64,000 nucleotides of DNA from Azolla caroliniana. Lineage: Eukaryota; Plantae; Polypodiophyta. Position 1 is the stretch's first letter. Every line of letters starts with the position of its first letter. Of this stretch, positions 38,467 to 51,750 are shown one piece after another. The notes under the pieces are model-generated. The model was not told where the DNA came from. It worked only from the letters and a program-made list of their open reading frames with translations, and did no database searches. Made by a program: the position numbers and the translations under genes. The stretch lies in NCBI GenBank assembly GCA_043228905.1, contig JBHGNT010000011.1, positions 21,328,001 through 21,392,000 on the forward strand, read 5' to 3'.

Positions 38467-39189
38467 TTACAAGTATAAACATGGTGCTCCTCCGCCTACA
38501 GCTACATGGTAGCCACAATCACTAGAAGGATTAGGGGTGGAGTGAGGAGCAGAGGAAGAGGAAGAGGAAGAGCTAGAAGAAGAAGAAGAAGAAGAAGAAG
38601 AGGAGGAGGAGGAGGAGGAGGAGGATATGAGCCCTAGCAACCTTTGGAACTCTTCGACCATGTCTTCGGAGTGGTCGGTGTCCTCGATTGTGATTGGTGG
38701 TGATTGACTGTGGCAGTGGGAGACGGCGGTGAAGGCAGTTGGTGGTGGTGTCATGGTCATGGTCATGGTCATGGTGTGGGCATGGAGGGCAGTTAGGGTT
38801 GGTTTGGTGTGCTGGTGTTGGTGTTGGTGTTGGTGTTGGTGCAGGAGGAGGAGGAGTTGTTGGAAGAAGGTGACTTGGCAAGGGATGGTGAGGGCCCCTG
38901 CCTGTTTGAACCCGAACTCTTCTTCCGCCTTCTGCAGGAGGGCTCTGAAGATGGGGTGGCTCAAGTGCGACGTCTTCACGAAGAATCTCACCCGCTCCTC
39001 GCCCACGTAAACCGCAAGATGTCCCGGCGGCGGCGATGGCGATGGCGATGGCGATGGCGATGGCGATGGCCCTCCGCCCACCCTGGAAGCCACTTTCCTC
39101 CACTTTCGCAGCATCTGTCTAAGCCGGACGATCTGCTGGACCCTTTTGATCTTCACCGTTGGTGGCTCCACCGCGTAATTCTGTGACAT
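38467..39189 (-). CDS. SAUR: SAUR (small auxin-up RNA) family protein, 240 aa, intronless, extended low-complexity C-terminus
   Basis: QIVRLRQMLRKWRK, then PPGHLAVYVGEERVRFFVKTSHLSHPIFRALLQKAEEEFGFKQAGALTIPC (Auxin_inducible domain). ATG at 39189 follows an (AG)n leader. Confidence 0.93.
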   Translation of the reverse strand: MSQNYAVEPPTVKIKRVQQIVRLRQMLRKWRKVASRVGGGPSPSPSPSPSPSPPPGHLAVYVGEERVRFFVKTSHLSHPIFRALLQKAEEEFGFKQAGALTIPCQVTFFQQLLLLLHQHQHQHQHQHTKPTLTALHAHTMTMTMTMTPPPTAFTAVSHCHSQSPPITIEDTDHSEDMVEEFQRLLGLISSSSSSSSSSSSSSSSSSSSSSSSSAPHSTPNPSSDCGYHVAVGGGAPCLYL

Positions 39190-39407
39190 CTCTCTCTCTC
39201 TCTCTCTCTCCCTGTTTTTTCGCTTCCTCTTCTTCTTCTTCTTTCCTTTGTTTTCTTTTTTTTTTGCCTTCTTCTCTCTTTCTACTCTTAACTTCACTTC
39301 ATTTCCTCCTCTTCAAAAGGCTTAGCTATCTCTATGCACCCATTATTCATGTAAACATTACACCCCCCCCCACACACACACACAATCCAGGCAGTAGGCA
39401 CTTTACG

Positions 39408-39860
39408 CCGACACTTGTTGGTGCCTTATCAGCATCGACAATCCAATGCCATCTTCCTTGGAAGTCTCATCGCTCACGCTTTACTTGACTGGTCTCGAAA
39501 ACACTAACTATGTCTCCGTGCCAATTGTCCCCCCCCCCCCCCCCCCCCCGGCCTTGGCTCTAGCTTAACTTCCGTAGACTTACTTCCTAACACTTAATCA
39601 AACAATACGAGCTTCCACCATTCAAACATAGGTAAGCTACACCAACATACATGACTATAAGAACCCTTCTATGCTACAACAAGCCTTTTTGTCTTTTATA
39701 GCTCCTTCAAGCACAGTTAATCTACACCAACATACGTGACTGTAAGAATCCTTCTTCATTCCAACAGGCTTTTTTGTCTTCTATAGCTCCTTCATCCACA
39801 CTTTCCCATCCTTTTATGATTTCCACCACAATAACAATACGCTTATTGTCTCGTTGTCGT
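39408..39860. promoter_or_regulatory. AuxRE cluster upstream of SAUR
   Basis: CCGACA (TGTCGG) 39408-39413, TCGACA 39435-39440, TGTCTC 39511-39516, TGTCCC 39526-39531, TGTCTC 39847-39852. Confidence 0.5.
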
Positions 39861-42174
39861 TTTTTTCATTGTCCTTTGCTCTAGTTCCTTCTCTTTTTCT
39901 TTATTTTCTATATCTCCTCGAATCTTTAAAGCTTCCCCTCACCCACATGCCCCCTCCCTTTTGTAGACCATAGTTTTCCTCAATTTTGGAGTAAGCACAA
40001 TTTGGGGGCCATGTGGCCAGGCTTCAAGAAATACCCATCATCACCAAAACCTTGGTTCCATTGTTGTATAAATACAAATCAATCTCTTCTAACACAAGAA
40101 ACACATTCATATATTTGACCATCATCAAGACACTTCAAGGAAATTTCGATAAATAATACATTCCTATACTTGACATGTCCCATCAAGATTAGTATTGGGG
40201 ATTTTACAACAACAATAGCCTCACAACAAGGAAACTCGATATCTCAATAAAACAATTGAGATTATGAAGAATCATGATTTTTATCCCAACCAACTTAGAG
40301 GACAATGCATCACTCAAATTATTGTCTATGCTCTTAACTTTCAAGACAACGATGAAAATTGTTTTAAAATAGGAAATTTTGTATCGGAATAAGTGCACAA
40401 AGGATTCCACCATCATGTGTTGGAATTTCAATAAAGCTAAAGCTTGACCCTAGTAAACTATAATTTAGGACATGTGTACTTACTGTGCCTCGCCTAATAT
40501 TTTTTTGGTTGATGTTCAGAACAATAAAAAATGGAAGCAGTGGATGTTGAAAGTTGCACATTAGAGAAAATATAACAAATGCCTCTCATGTTAATTGTGA
40601 TTTCTAAATTATTACTATTAAAATCGCCCAACATAAGTTCTAATCCTAGTGAAAAAGCTATTGTAGCTTGAGGATAATTAGAACTCTAGTTTTTTTTAGT
40701 AGAGAGATATTGGAGTAAAGCATGTGACATGCTATGAATGAGATTATCATTAAACCATGTCGTTTTTTTATTACCAATGTTGGAATTGATACAAGGTTGT
40801 CATGGTCTTAACCTTAATTTGAGGGCCATTCTTATATTCCTAAAAAGAAGCTAAATGCACCAAAACATCTCTATATGGGCGTATTCTTCAACCACAAACT
40901 CTTCACTTAGATCAATTCCCACCAACTCATGGCTTTAAAAACGACATCAACAATAATAAAACCTTTTCAAACACCCATTGCAAATCTGAATATTCTAATA
41001 ATAGAAACTTTTCATGAGGCGAAATAATGTACCTATTGACATAATGAAACAACATAAATGTTGTTATACTTATAAATTGTTCCTAACATAATATATTGTA
41101 TCGTTTCTAAGAATTCGCCACTCATTGTTTTTAATTGAGCTCAGAACATAATTTTTAAAAAAGCATATAAAAATTTCAATATCTTCCAGTGCCTCTTTTC
41201 TTACCTTCGTCAAACACATTCTCTTGGTGTTACAATTTTTTATGCTTCTTGTACCTTAAATGTAGCTCCAAATAGTGTAATTGTGATGAAATAGGTGAGG
41301 CCATACGAAACAAATGAACGCATGCACATTAAAAAACAATAAAGAATCTTCTAACAAAGTCTCCAATTCACATGTATTTTTACATTGAGTATGTTCGATC
41401 TTTACCTCTTAGTACAAAATGGGTACATGTTATCAAAATAGTACATATAGTAGGTGGGGCAAGTGTCAACAACTTCACTCACACCATGTGCATAATTATA
41501 CAAAATTGTGTGGAGTGGTTACCTTATATGTATTATTTACAACACCAACAATAACTAAATAAGGTCGGTCACCATCTTCTCTAAGTATAGATGACGCATG
41601 TTATGCGTTAATCTCTACAAGGCATTCTTATTATTGTTTCCTCTTTAACATAGAGAGTATACATTGTCACCTTTACTGTTTCTATTTATTTCATTGGCTC
41701 TTGCATTGGTTCAATGATAAATAATCTATCATAGACTAATGTGACAGCTCTAGCTTTGAAAGAATGACAAAAAGAATATACAACCATGTTATAAATAAGA
41801 GCCATGTGAGCATACTACGTCATTGTCTCAACTTGATAAGTTGAAATAAAGACAAGTCATTTAGTCTCATGAAAGATCTAGGTTATACGAGACAATTGTG
41901 TGATAGCCTTTTTTATCCCTAATTTTAAATTATTAACCAAGCCACTAAAAAACGATGCTTTGTTTGAGACCAATGTTTGTAGACTATAGAAATGAATTCA
42001 TTTCATCATGACAAGCTCACAATTGTTTCATAAAGTTCCCTTCCTTTACATCCATCTTTATTTCCTAATGCTTAGAGATTAGGTTGTTGTAGATCACATG
42101 ATTATCATTGACATTTTATGTGCACCAACATTAAACATCTGTAATATGGGTACATGACCATCAATCTCAAACAT

Positions 42175-42570
42175 TCAAATGTACATGACCAATGTTCAAA
42201 ACTGAGTGTTAAAATGACTCCTTTGTATACACAATGAGCATGGCTACATCATGTGTGTCTATCTACAATACACATTTAAACCTCACTGTTTTGTTAGTGT
42301 TTCAAAAGTACATGACCAATATTCAAACTTGAGTGTTAAAAATAACTCCTTATTCATGTATAGAATGGGCATGGCTACATCATGGGTGTCTATTATCTAC
42401 AATACACATTTAAACCTCACTGTTTTGTTAGTGTTTCAAAAGTACATGACCAATATTCAAACTTGAGTGTTAAAAATGACTCCTTATTCATGTATGGAAT
42501 GGGCATGGCTACATCATGTGTATCTATATACAATACACATTTAAACTTCATTTTTTCATTAGTGTTTACA
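42175..42570. repeat. Tandem repeat, ~3 copies of a 127-134 bp unit
   Basis: gtacatgaccaat(a/g)ttcaaa...gagtgttaaaa...catggctacatcatg...caatacacatttaaac recurs at ~42181, 42308 and 42442. Confidence 0.9.
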
Positions 42571-45500
42571 TATATTTGCTTGTTAGGTTTCCCAATTCCA
42601 CCCACATTCATGGTTAGTGAACCAAAAATCTCCATAAAGTATAAAACATGAGGGTCACCTCCATAGGACATAAAACATACTCATTAAGATTAATATTACC
42701 ACAATCAATAAAGGCTTTAGCTAAATATTCTTAAGAAATGGTGCATCCTCAATCGTAAGGAAGATGTTTAAACCTCTTTTCCATATCTAACAAGGAAATA
42801 ATTTCCCATTGGTTTTCACCTTTATAACGAGCTTTAATTAACAAATGAATAAAAATGCTTTGTTTTGTTTATATATGGTCCTAAACAGAATTACACATTA
42901 AATATGACTACTCTATGAGGTGGCAAAACATTGAAAGTACACTTCCAATGAACAAGAACTTGACTTCACAAGATTTATAGACTCATTCAAAGTACCATGA
43001 TGTTTGACATCAAAAGAGAGGTATGCAACCATAAAGAGCAAAATTAAAGTAACCATGGTGAAGAAAATTTATTATTTGACATGATTAAATTCAATGTTAA
43101 ATTCTAGCATTGCAAATACGTACTAAAATACAACTTATAGTTAATGGAGCGTAAATATTGATTGCAAGTGTTGTTAAAACATGGTAGATATTATCAAAAG
43201 TGTTTGGTCAAAGAATTCTACATGAAGACAAATGACACACCTTGTTTCTTAATTCAATATCCAATCTAATGGTTACATATGCCTTACATTTGAGTGCTTT
43301 TGTCTTTGTCCACTTTCACGCTATCTGGACTCAAGAACCTTTCGTAGGTTCTAGCTACACAAATTCTCACCAATCCTCCCATTACATTGCTTCCTCATGT
43401 TAATGTCCAATGTCTATGACAAGCAAAACCGAAGTGTTGAAGCATAATTCATGTGCTTAACATCTACCCCTAGCCAATGAGTGCTCATTCTTCGACACCA
43501 TTAGGTGTGGTGGAGTCGGGGAACTGAACCGTCACATGAGAGTCATGTTCGATTGGATGATTAGCTCATTTTTGGAGACCCCAGCGGTTTTCATTGGATT
43601 CTAGGAAGATAGTTGTTCTTATGGAAGCAATGGTGTGGGAAAAGGGCCCCATCAAGGAGTCCAAGTATAAGAGTGAGTGTGGGATCCATATTAAGAGTGA
43701 TTGAAACATTCGCGTAAGAAAAACACCCTCAAAGAATGATAAATACCATACTTTTGGATTAACTATTTATTATCATGTAAATAAGCCTAAAAACTGGAAA
43801 AAAAAACAAAAGAAAACATTAAAAAAATGGGAAAAAACACAAGAATGTTTGAATAACATTCGCATTCGTTTTCCAACGTAGGAAAACGAATTTTATGCTA
43901 GACGAACACGAATTTTACGTACTGGGATCCTCTTATTTGACTACATGTCATGTTGTTGATAGGGTAAATAAAATACATTGTTGTATGCCAATGGAAGAAC
44001 ATGATACAGTAAGTCAACAATCAGGACATATATAGTGCATCATGTCTATCCATTGCCAACTGCCAATTCATGATAAGAGCCTTCCCTATTTATTGATGGA
44101 GAAAGTTGTGTATTTAGATTCGAGAAAAGTTGTTTTGTGTTTAAATTTTATTTTGTCCTAGTTGAATTTCTATGCCATTCTCAAGGGTTGCAAGCCAACA
44201 AATCAGCTTCAAATTCAAATTCAGTCATCATCCCCAGTAATCTTCGTCCATGAGTGGGTTACCTTCTTGCTCATTGCATCTTTTGTGTGCATACATTGGA
44301 TGGGGTAAGTTTTATTGCCTATTCCATATGTATTTACATGGGATCGTTTTTGTTTTGGATTTTGCAGTTCAAATGACACTTGAGATAGCAATTCACACTA
44401 CATAGTTGGTCGAGGATGTGACCGCAAAGGTGAGGGAGTATTATAATGCCCCATGTGTTTCAAATGAGTGGTCAAATAATCAGCTCCTTCAAGTATTTGG
44501 CAGGGGCCATTAGTCATCCTAAGTTCGACATGTGTGCTTCCCACATATTTCAAATGAGTGCTTCTTCATATATAGCCTCTTCGAAGTAATGTTGGATCCA
44601 GATTCTACATTTTACACTAATTCTTATGTTATGTATGAACGTACACATGCCTTCTAGAGTTAACTCCTAAATAGTACTCTTACACTTCCGATGTGCTTTT
44701 TGTAGAGAATATGCAATCAATACTAAGTCTAACAATATAGCTTGAGTCATTAGCTTCAGTTCAGTTCAGATAACGTGTGTTTATACACAAGGATGTGTTG
44801 TACATAGCTTGATTTCTCAATACATTGTTGCTAGGAGTGTGAAGCAAGTATCATGATTATTGACCTCCTAAGGCTGTCTGCTCATTATAGTTGTCCTATA
44901 ATAGTCTCTTTGAAGACTTCATTTCCTTGGGGTATTGTGATAATATAGGTTCCTTATGCCCACCCTTTTGTTTGCCTCAAATGGTAATGATCTCATACGT
45001 CAAGGCTTTCGGGTTCAACCTAAAACCTCTTCAATCAGAAGTTCAATGTGTTAGGCTAAGATATGTACTACACATTCATGTTCCAAATCCAACAGTTGGA
45101 CCATCCTATATACTACCCTTATAGGTAAGAGTTCCTTAAGGAAAGCACAAGGAACACAATAATATCAAGTTCATCTTGTCTTGAACCACTTACAATGTTT
45201 GTATGAGTGTGGTATCTAATGCTCTAAAACATGGTTGGCTTTCCATACCAGTGTTGTCTATAAAGGGGGGGGATTCACTACTCTTTGAAGTTTGAAGGGA
45301 ACTGGTTGTTCTCTCTCGGATCAGGTTATCTTATTCTTGTACTTCATTTGTTTCAACCTTTGGGTTGGTTTAAGTTGGCAACTTTGTGGTGATAACTTCA
45401 TTTTCTGTAACTCATCTCTTGGGCTTGCTTCTTGATCATTGCCTTCAAGTATGCCCACACTAATTGAAGGTATCTTTTGCAACCCTTCACTTATTTTGTC

Positions 45501-47979
45501 CTCGTTTTCATTTTAAACGATGGTACTAGCTCTAGGTTTTGAGCTATGAATTGAGATCATGTGATTACTGGGAGTAGATGAAAATCCTGAGAAAACATTA
45601 CCATCTACCTCCATAGTAGGCATCATAGATGGGGGGGTGTAGATGACATTGTCTTGCCTGGGTTTGTAACATTGAAGGTGGGCACTTGAAGCCCTTTCAT
45701 TTTATCCTCTATTATCATCGCTCTGGAGAATATCTACATAACGAAGTCATGAGGAAGTTATTGTAAGAAAATAAGAGAAAATGCACAATGGAGGTGATCA
45801 TGTCTCAAAGAATGTAGAGAGAAGACAATGCATAAGGAGAAAACAGGTTAAGCAATTGTGCTCTCCACCCATGCCCTAGAACAAATTAGAGCTTTGATGG
45901 TGACATACTCCGTAGTTTTGAAAAGCTTAGTAATTACCATTAAATAAATAAATAATGAAATTGAAGTATCATATGAAGGTTCAAAGCTAAAAACGAAAAT
46001 AGAATTTTGAATTTTGAATTGTATACCACCACAATGGGGAGACACCCAATTTGAATGCTTTATTGGGTACAATATGCCAACGAAGATCATATTCTCGATC
46101 TCCTCCTTGACTTGCTAAGCATAATAAGGATTCATCAGTTTTAAATAGTCTAGGAAGTCAATAGCATATGTCTGCCCAGTATATTCCTGCTCTCATCACT
46201 TAAAGTTACAGTTGGTGGTTCGTTTGGCATCTGTGAATGTTGCCATCGTGTAAAGCTCATAAATTTTCAAGTTCAAGGTCTTTTCTACCCTTCACTCGGC
46301 TCTTATGTAGTTGAACCAATAGCTCTATAAGAAAACCATGACAGGTAGTTTTGTGGGTTCTCTAACCAAATGCTCTCTTTCCTTCATTGCTTGAGTACTA
46401 ACTGTGAAACTATTCATAATCAAACCATCCTCTCCACAACATTTGGTACTAATGGGAGTACATCCCCATTCAGGATGGCTAGCATATGTATATATCAAAT
46501 TCCTTAACAATGTGTCATATTGATTCAAATTCCACTTGTTTTTTATACTACACAATAATAATCATGTCTCAATATTGATCCTCATTGGCAAGTCAACCAT
46601 AAGAGGGTTACCTTCTTGTTCATGCACTTTCTATATGTAGACGTGAGATGATAGGTCATAGGTCTTTACACAAAGGATAACATTACCAAAACTCATTAGG
46701 AACTAGTTGACACTGAGGTTGTGTGAGCAAATAGTTGTGGGTTATTTCAGTTGCAAACTTGTTGACTCTTAGGAAAGGTTATGTAAGCAAATAGTTGTGG
46801 ATTGCTTCATTAACAGGCTGTGCAATCACGATTCACGAAGGTGAGGTAGTACTTGTTAGTTTTGCTGTCCTTACAAAGTTACGATATACAAGGTTGAAGC
46901 TCAAGCTTCAGAAATGTGCTTTTTCTCAATTCTGCAAATTTGAATACAACCAATGTCTTATTATGAACTACTAATCTAGAAAATGCCAAAATGGCAAAGC
47001 TAGCCCCACGCCCCAACCAATGTTAATAATTCCACTATCTTGGATAGTGTGTTCAATTATGTGCCTAAGTGCCATAAGGCTTTTTGAAGAACTAAAGAAA
47101 ATGATGGCCAACAACTTCATTAACATTGACCAACAACTTCATTAACATCATGGTCTAGTTCAGTTTATTGATGCTTTTAACAAAAGCCATGGGACTCAAT
47201 ACATAACAGATGAATGTGTGAGTAGAATCCTATCCAAGGTTTATAGAAAAGTAGTGATACACAAGAACATAAACCAGAGACATGATTTGCAACACCATCT
47301 TCTAGGCCTAACTCTATCACCCTACGGTGTTGCAAGAGAACATGCTGAATTCTGAATGCAAGAATTGGCATAGCTGAGCTAAGAGGAGCCAAATATATTA
47401 GTTATAGCGTCGTTGCAAGAGAACATGATAGGTTCTAAATGCAGGAACTGTCATGGCTGGCCTAAGAGTAGCCAAATATATTAGCCCGACACACTGAATC
47501 TTTTCTACTACAATTTTTTTTTACTACTATTATTGAAACATTGACAGTAATTTGAAGCACAAGTAAGTTATTTCTACTACTAAATTGTTTGTTATTATCG
47601 AGTGGATCAGAGTGTGATCCACCATTGTATTAAGAACCACTAGACATAAATAAGTAAAAGCAAAAGATTATATCATGATACACAACAAAATTATCAAAGT
47701 TCTTATGGCCGATTTATATATTACAAAGCTTTAAGGAGTGCAAGGGCTTAGTCGACACCCAGATAATAAAATGGCGCCAAGGAAGGCCCCCAGAGCAGGT
47801 GGGGGGGCATGACATGATGTAATTAATGTACATATATATGGCTTTCCAAAGTCACATAGAACCAAAGATAGCCATTATAGTTAGATAAGCTTCCCAAAAG
47901 CAGAGTATAAAAGAAACGCCCATGAGCTCAAATATATAAGAATAATTGTTATTATTATGAAAACCCAAAGGGTTTTGAT

Positions 47980-49553
47980 CTATTTAGTGGGAACATCAGT
48001 AAACCGATTTGACCTTGATGAGACACTGACCATTGCTGTTTGGTGTAAATGCCTCATGCTTTGCCCCATGCTTAGTTGAACCATCTCAGATAGCATCTTT
48101 TTGGCAGTTGATTGACCATCATCCACCTGAGAAGTCATGTCATAAACTATGCTCTTAAGCATGGCTGAAGCAGATGCTGATGCAGACGCTGAGGCCGATC
48201 TTGATGTGGATGCCGTCGGTGGATTCCTCAGAAGCTTTAATAGCTTCTGAGCTTTTTGTTTTGCACCTGCTGTACCCTGCACTGTAAGCTCGAGGAGACC
48301 TGGGATTGCCCCTTCTTGTAGAATTGCATCCCGATACTTACACCGGCCACTCTGGCACTGACACATGGCAAGCAGTGCACTCACTGCGTGCTCCCGCCCT
48401 TGGATAGACCCTTCTTCCAAAACCTCTACTAATGCTAACACCCCACCCCCCTCTGCCACTATCTCCGACCTTGCGTCCTCAAATATAGTCAAAGATTGCA
48501 AAATCCCCGTAGTCTTCTCTGCCACTTTTGAAGCTTTCTTGCATTCTTTCAGGAGCCAAATCAAAGGCGATATGGCTCCAGATGCGAGAATCGAGCCAAG
48601 ATTCTCGGAATGAGTTGAGAGGTTGTATAGGGCCATCACAGCATCCACTTTGCCTTGGACACTACCATATATGAGCATATCTACCAAGAGCGGAGTCACC
48701 CCAGAGCAGCCGATTACAAGCTTGTTTGCATCGGTTGCCGAAAGAGTAAGAATAACAACGGTTGCCGATTCTCTAAGGGTTGCATCAGCCGATCGCATGA
48801 GCTCAACAAGTGGTGGAATCGCACCAGCTTTTACTATCTCCATCTTGATCCTGAAACAGGATATTTTCATCAAATATGCAATAATTTAGCCTAAGGTGAT
48901 AAATAGTCAAGAGCTATCAAGATTAGATAAAATAAATAAATTGGACCAGCCTACCTAAAGGAACTGTTTCATGTCTACATAGAAATCTCACCTCAAATTG
49001 TAGCAAACCAAAGAAGGCAAATTTACTATGCCTTTCAATGTTATTAGCACTTCGTTATGAGCAAAAAATACAACCAAATTGAAGAAAAGATTGCAAAAGC
49101 ACTTCTATGGAACACATTTTAAAAAAAAACACTCTCACGTACATCAAATGTACAGCAAACTACACCAAATTTAGAACAAATTTGATAAGCAAATTAAAGA
49201 AGGATGATATTAAACTTGTCTCCATACCTTTCATTTCGAAGTGCAAGGCTGAGGAGGGCTTGCATGGATGATTCTTGAAATTCTGGGCACGATTTCCCAT
49301 CAAGCATTGAGACTAAGGGCTGGAGCACGCCTGATGCCACAAGATAAGCTTTCTTCTTCTTCGAAGTCGAGTTGGGAAGCTTCTGGATCTCACTGGCTGC
49401 CTTCATTTTTGCATCCTGCGACCCATACACTAGCGCATACAGAATATTCTCTAGCCCTTGCCGTGTCTTTGAACTAACAGGATATTCCGGGGATTCCAGA
49501 GATCCCAAAGATTCGTCGAGGAAAAGATTCTTATCTACATCACCCTGTTCCAT
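47980..49553 (-). CDS. ARM-repeat protein (U-box-less, At3g03440-like), ~398 aa
   Basis: Exons 49553-49228 and 48850-47980 (1197 nt). ARM repeats: GVLQPLVSML, LALRNERIKMEIVKAGAIPPLVELM, GKVDAVMALYNLS, GGVLALVEVLEEGS, EGAIPGLLELTVQGT. C-terminal AKKMLSEMVQLSMGQSMRHL. Confidence 0.92.
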
Positions 49554-49573
49554 AGATATATGTACCGTGTGTT

Positions 49574-49606
<33 letters not shown>

Positions 49607-49650
49607 TAGTTCCTCTGTTAAACCTAAATTTTTGCAACAAGGATAAAGGA

Positions 49651-49660
49651 TTTAGGGTTT
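49651..49660 (-). promoter_or_regulatory. Telo-box (AAACCCTAAA) in leader of ARM gene
   Basis: tttagggttt about 100 bp upstream of the ATG; partial copies nearby at ~49841 and ~49975. Confidence 0.4.
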
Positions 49661-50539
49661 GTTAGAGGAACAAAGGTGAACAGGGTATAACCTTCCCCTT
49701 GTCTAATATCCTGGAGATTCCAGATATCCTGAACATTCCTCGAGGAAATGATTCTTCTCTATATGTCCTGTTCCATAAATATGTATTATTGTCTGTGTGG
49801 CGTTCTTCTGTTAGCCCTAATTTTTTTTGCAAGAAGGTTCTAGGGTTTATTGGAAGAAGAGTAAGGAGAAGGATAGAATCTTCCCCTTGTCTAAGAAAAA
49901 GGAGAAGGGAACCATTTGATCACATCCAATAGCTGCACTTTTCCTTCTTTTAGCGTCCTGACACGACAGAAAAATTAGGGTTCCATGACCCAATGCTTTG
50001 TTTTGCAGTTGCTTTGCTTCAGGGCAGATCCAAGGAGCTATGGAGTTTTTCAAGAGGCTTGGAAAGGCTATACACACCGAGGGAGGGGAAGCGAGGACCG
50101 AGGAAGAAGAAAGAAACGAAGACAAAAAAGAAAGAAAGAGGCAGAGCAAGAAAAACAGAGCTTTTATTAAGAGCCCATCACTACTATTAATGATAACCCT
50201 CTTCGCTCTCTTTCTCTCTGTTTCTTCTCTTTGTTCCCAAAAGCTTAACCACGGTTAAGTTAAAACTTAACCATTGTTCATTTCTAACTCAACCATGGTT
50301 CCTCGTGATCCCTCCCCTCCGAATAGCATAAAAAAACAATAAGTACAACAAAAGAGAAAAGAAGTGTAACTTCCACTTGTATATAATAATAAATTAAGGC
50401 CATGTTCACATGAGAATCAATAGTAACCAACGAATTCCCCCCCAAGCCAATGTACAAAAAGGAAACTCAGAATTACCCTCTCAAGTTTCCAAAATACTTC
50501 TATTTTTTTATCCCACCCTCCTCCACCTGCCCTTGACAA

Positions 50540-51750
50540 CATGGTATCGAGCCTTCCATGCAAGACAAATTCTATCCAACCATGTCTATTAGTCTTTGAT
50601 TATCCTAGTCTTGATGAGTTTTTGTTCTTTACATTGTTGGATTCACATCCACATGCACCCATAGCAATGGAGTGGCTTTGAATTGACCTTCCACGTGAAA
50701 AACTGGGGTGGGTTACCCATGTGTATAGTTAACCATGCATGAATGACTTCTTCAAGCAAACACTTAGGTTAGATTCCAAACTCACATGCCTTCAAACATG
50801 GAACAATTCAAATTCTCTTCCACATTCATGAGATGTGGAATGTCATCAATGATCATACCATATGATATAACCATTCAATCTCCAATCAACCTACTTTGCT
50901 AAGTTCATCTTCCCTTAGGAGTCCCTTAGGCTATGATATGCAAACATACTTACCTTCTTCGTATTGAGAAAATAATAAAAACAACTTTCCCATGGCCATG
51001 CAAACAATGCACACCACTAGGTACCGAAGGGCATATACCAAGATTCAAACTTGTGCCATCAATTTCTATTAAAGTTGTTTGATTATAAATAATTATGTTT
51101 ATGTCAAGACCACATCCGCTTATAAGACCTTTCTTTGAGCCCATTATCTCTATGTGTGTTTGAATTCACACCTTGCACCTACGATATAGTATATTTTCTT
51201 GGTTGTCGCATTCCAAAAGTTAAGCAAAATATGTATTATGCTCCATTTTGGGGGGGATGAGTTGTTTAGTATAAACATTGCCACTTAAAACGCAATGATA
51301 ACAAGCACTTAGAGGACAAGTTACAACACTAGCAAGTTAGTTTTCTTCACTACAATGACTCGGTTTGGTAGCTTCAAAAAATACATGCAATCAACTTATC
51401 CTAATATTGCGTATTCCATGTTTGAGCACGTCAACATTATTGACTCACTAAAGTTCCATTGGGATGTGTCAGAATCCCTTTATTTTCAAATTGCAATATT
51501 AGAATGTCTCGATCAATTGGGACATGTTAAAGTCTTTCTATATGTCAACATACAGAAGTGGAAAAACTTGATCAATGTACCAACACATGCATTTGGGGCA
51601 TTGTCTGTAATTTTTCTACGAGAAAACAACTTGAATCAATTTACATGGCCAACTATGAGTAAAGGCTTTTTAATTGTATTGTTTACCTTGGTAGGTACAT
51701 GTCACATAATGTTCACCTTGTAAAGAGTTTTATTAATCCTTCTTTCCATT
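50540..51750 (-). mobile_element. Highly decayed L1-like RT remnant
   Basis: Minus-strand fragments SLNLGICPSVP (like RQGCPLSP) and MIIDDIPHLMNVEENL (like FADD...ENL) occur in the expected order. Very degenerate. Confidence 0.3.

Noticed and set aside
38573-39186. Overlapping alternative-frame and antisense ORFs on SAUR, likewise on ETR exon 1, AFB exon 1 and ARM
   Set aside because: Explained by GC-rich or microsatellite sequence lacking stops; the peptides are low-complexity shadows.
42175-42570. CRISPR-like array
   Set aside because: Whole units are duplicated with no unique spacers, there are no cas genes, and the context is eukaryotic.
49985-50258. Short + strand ORFs divergent from the ARM gene
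   Set aside because: They are the complement of a CT-rich leader region; no recognisable homology.
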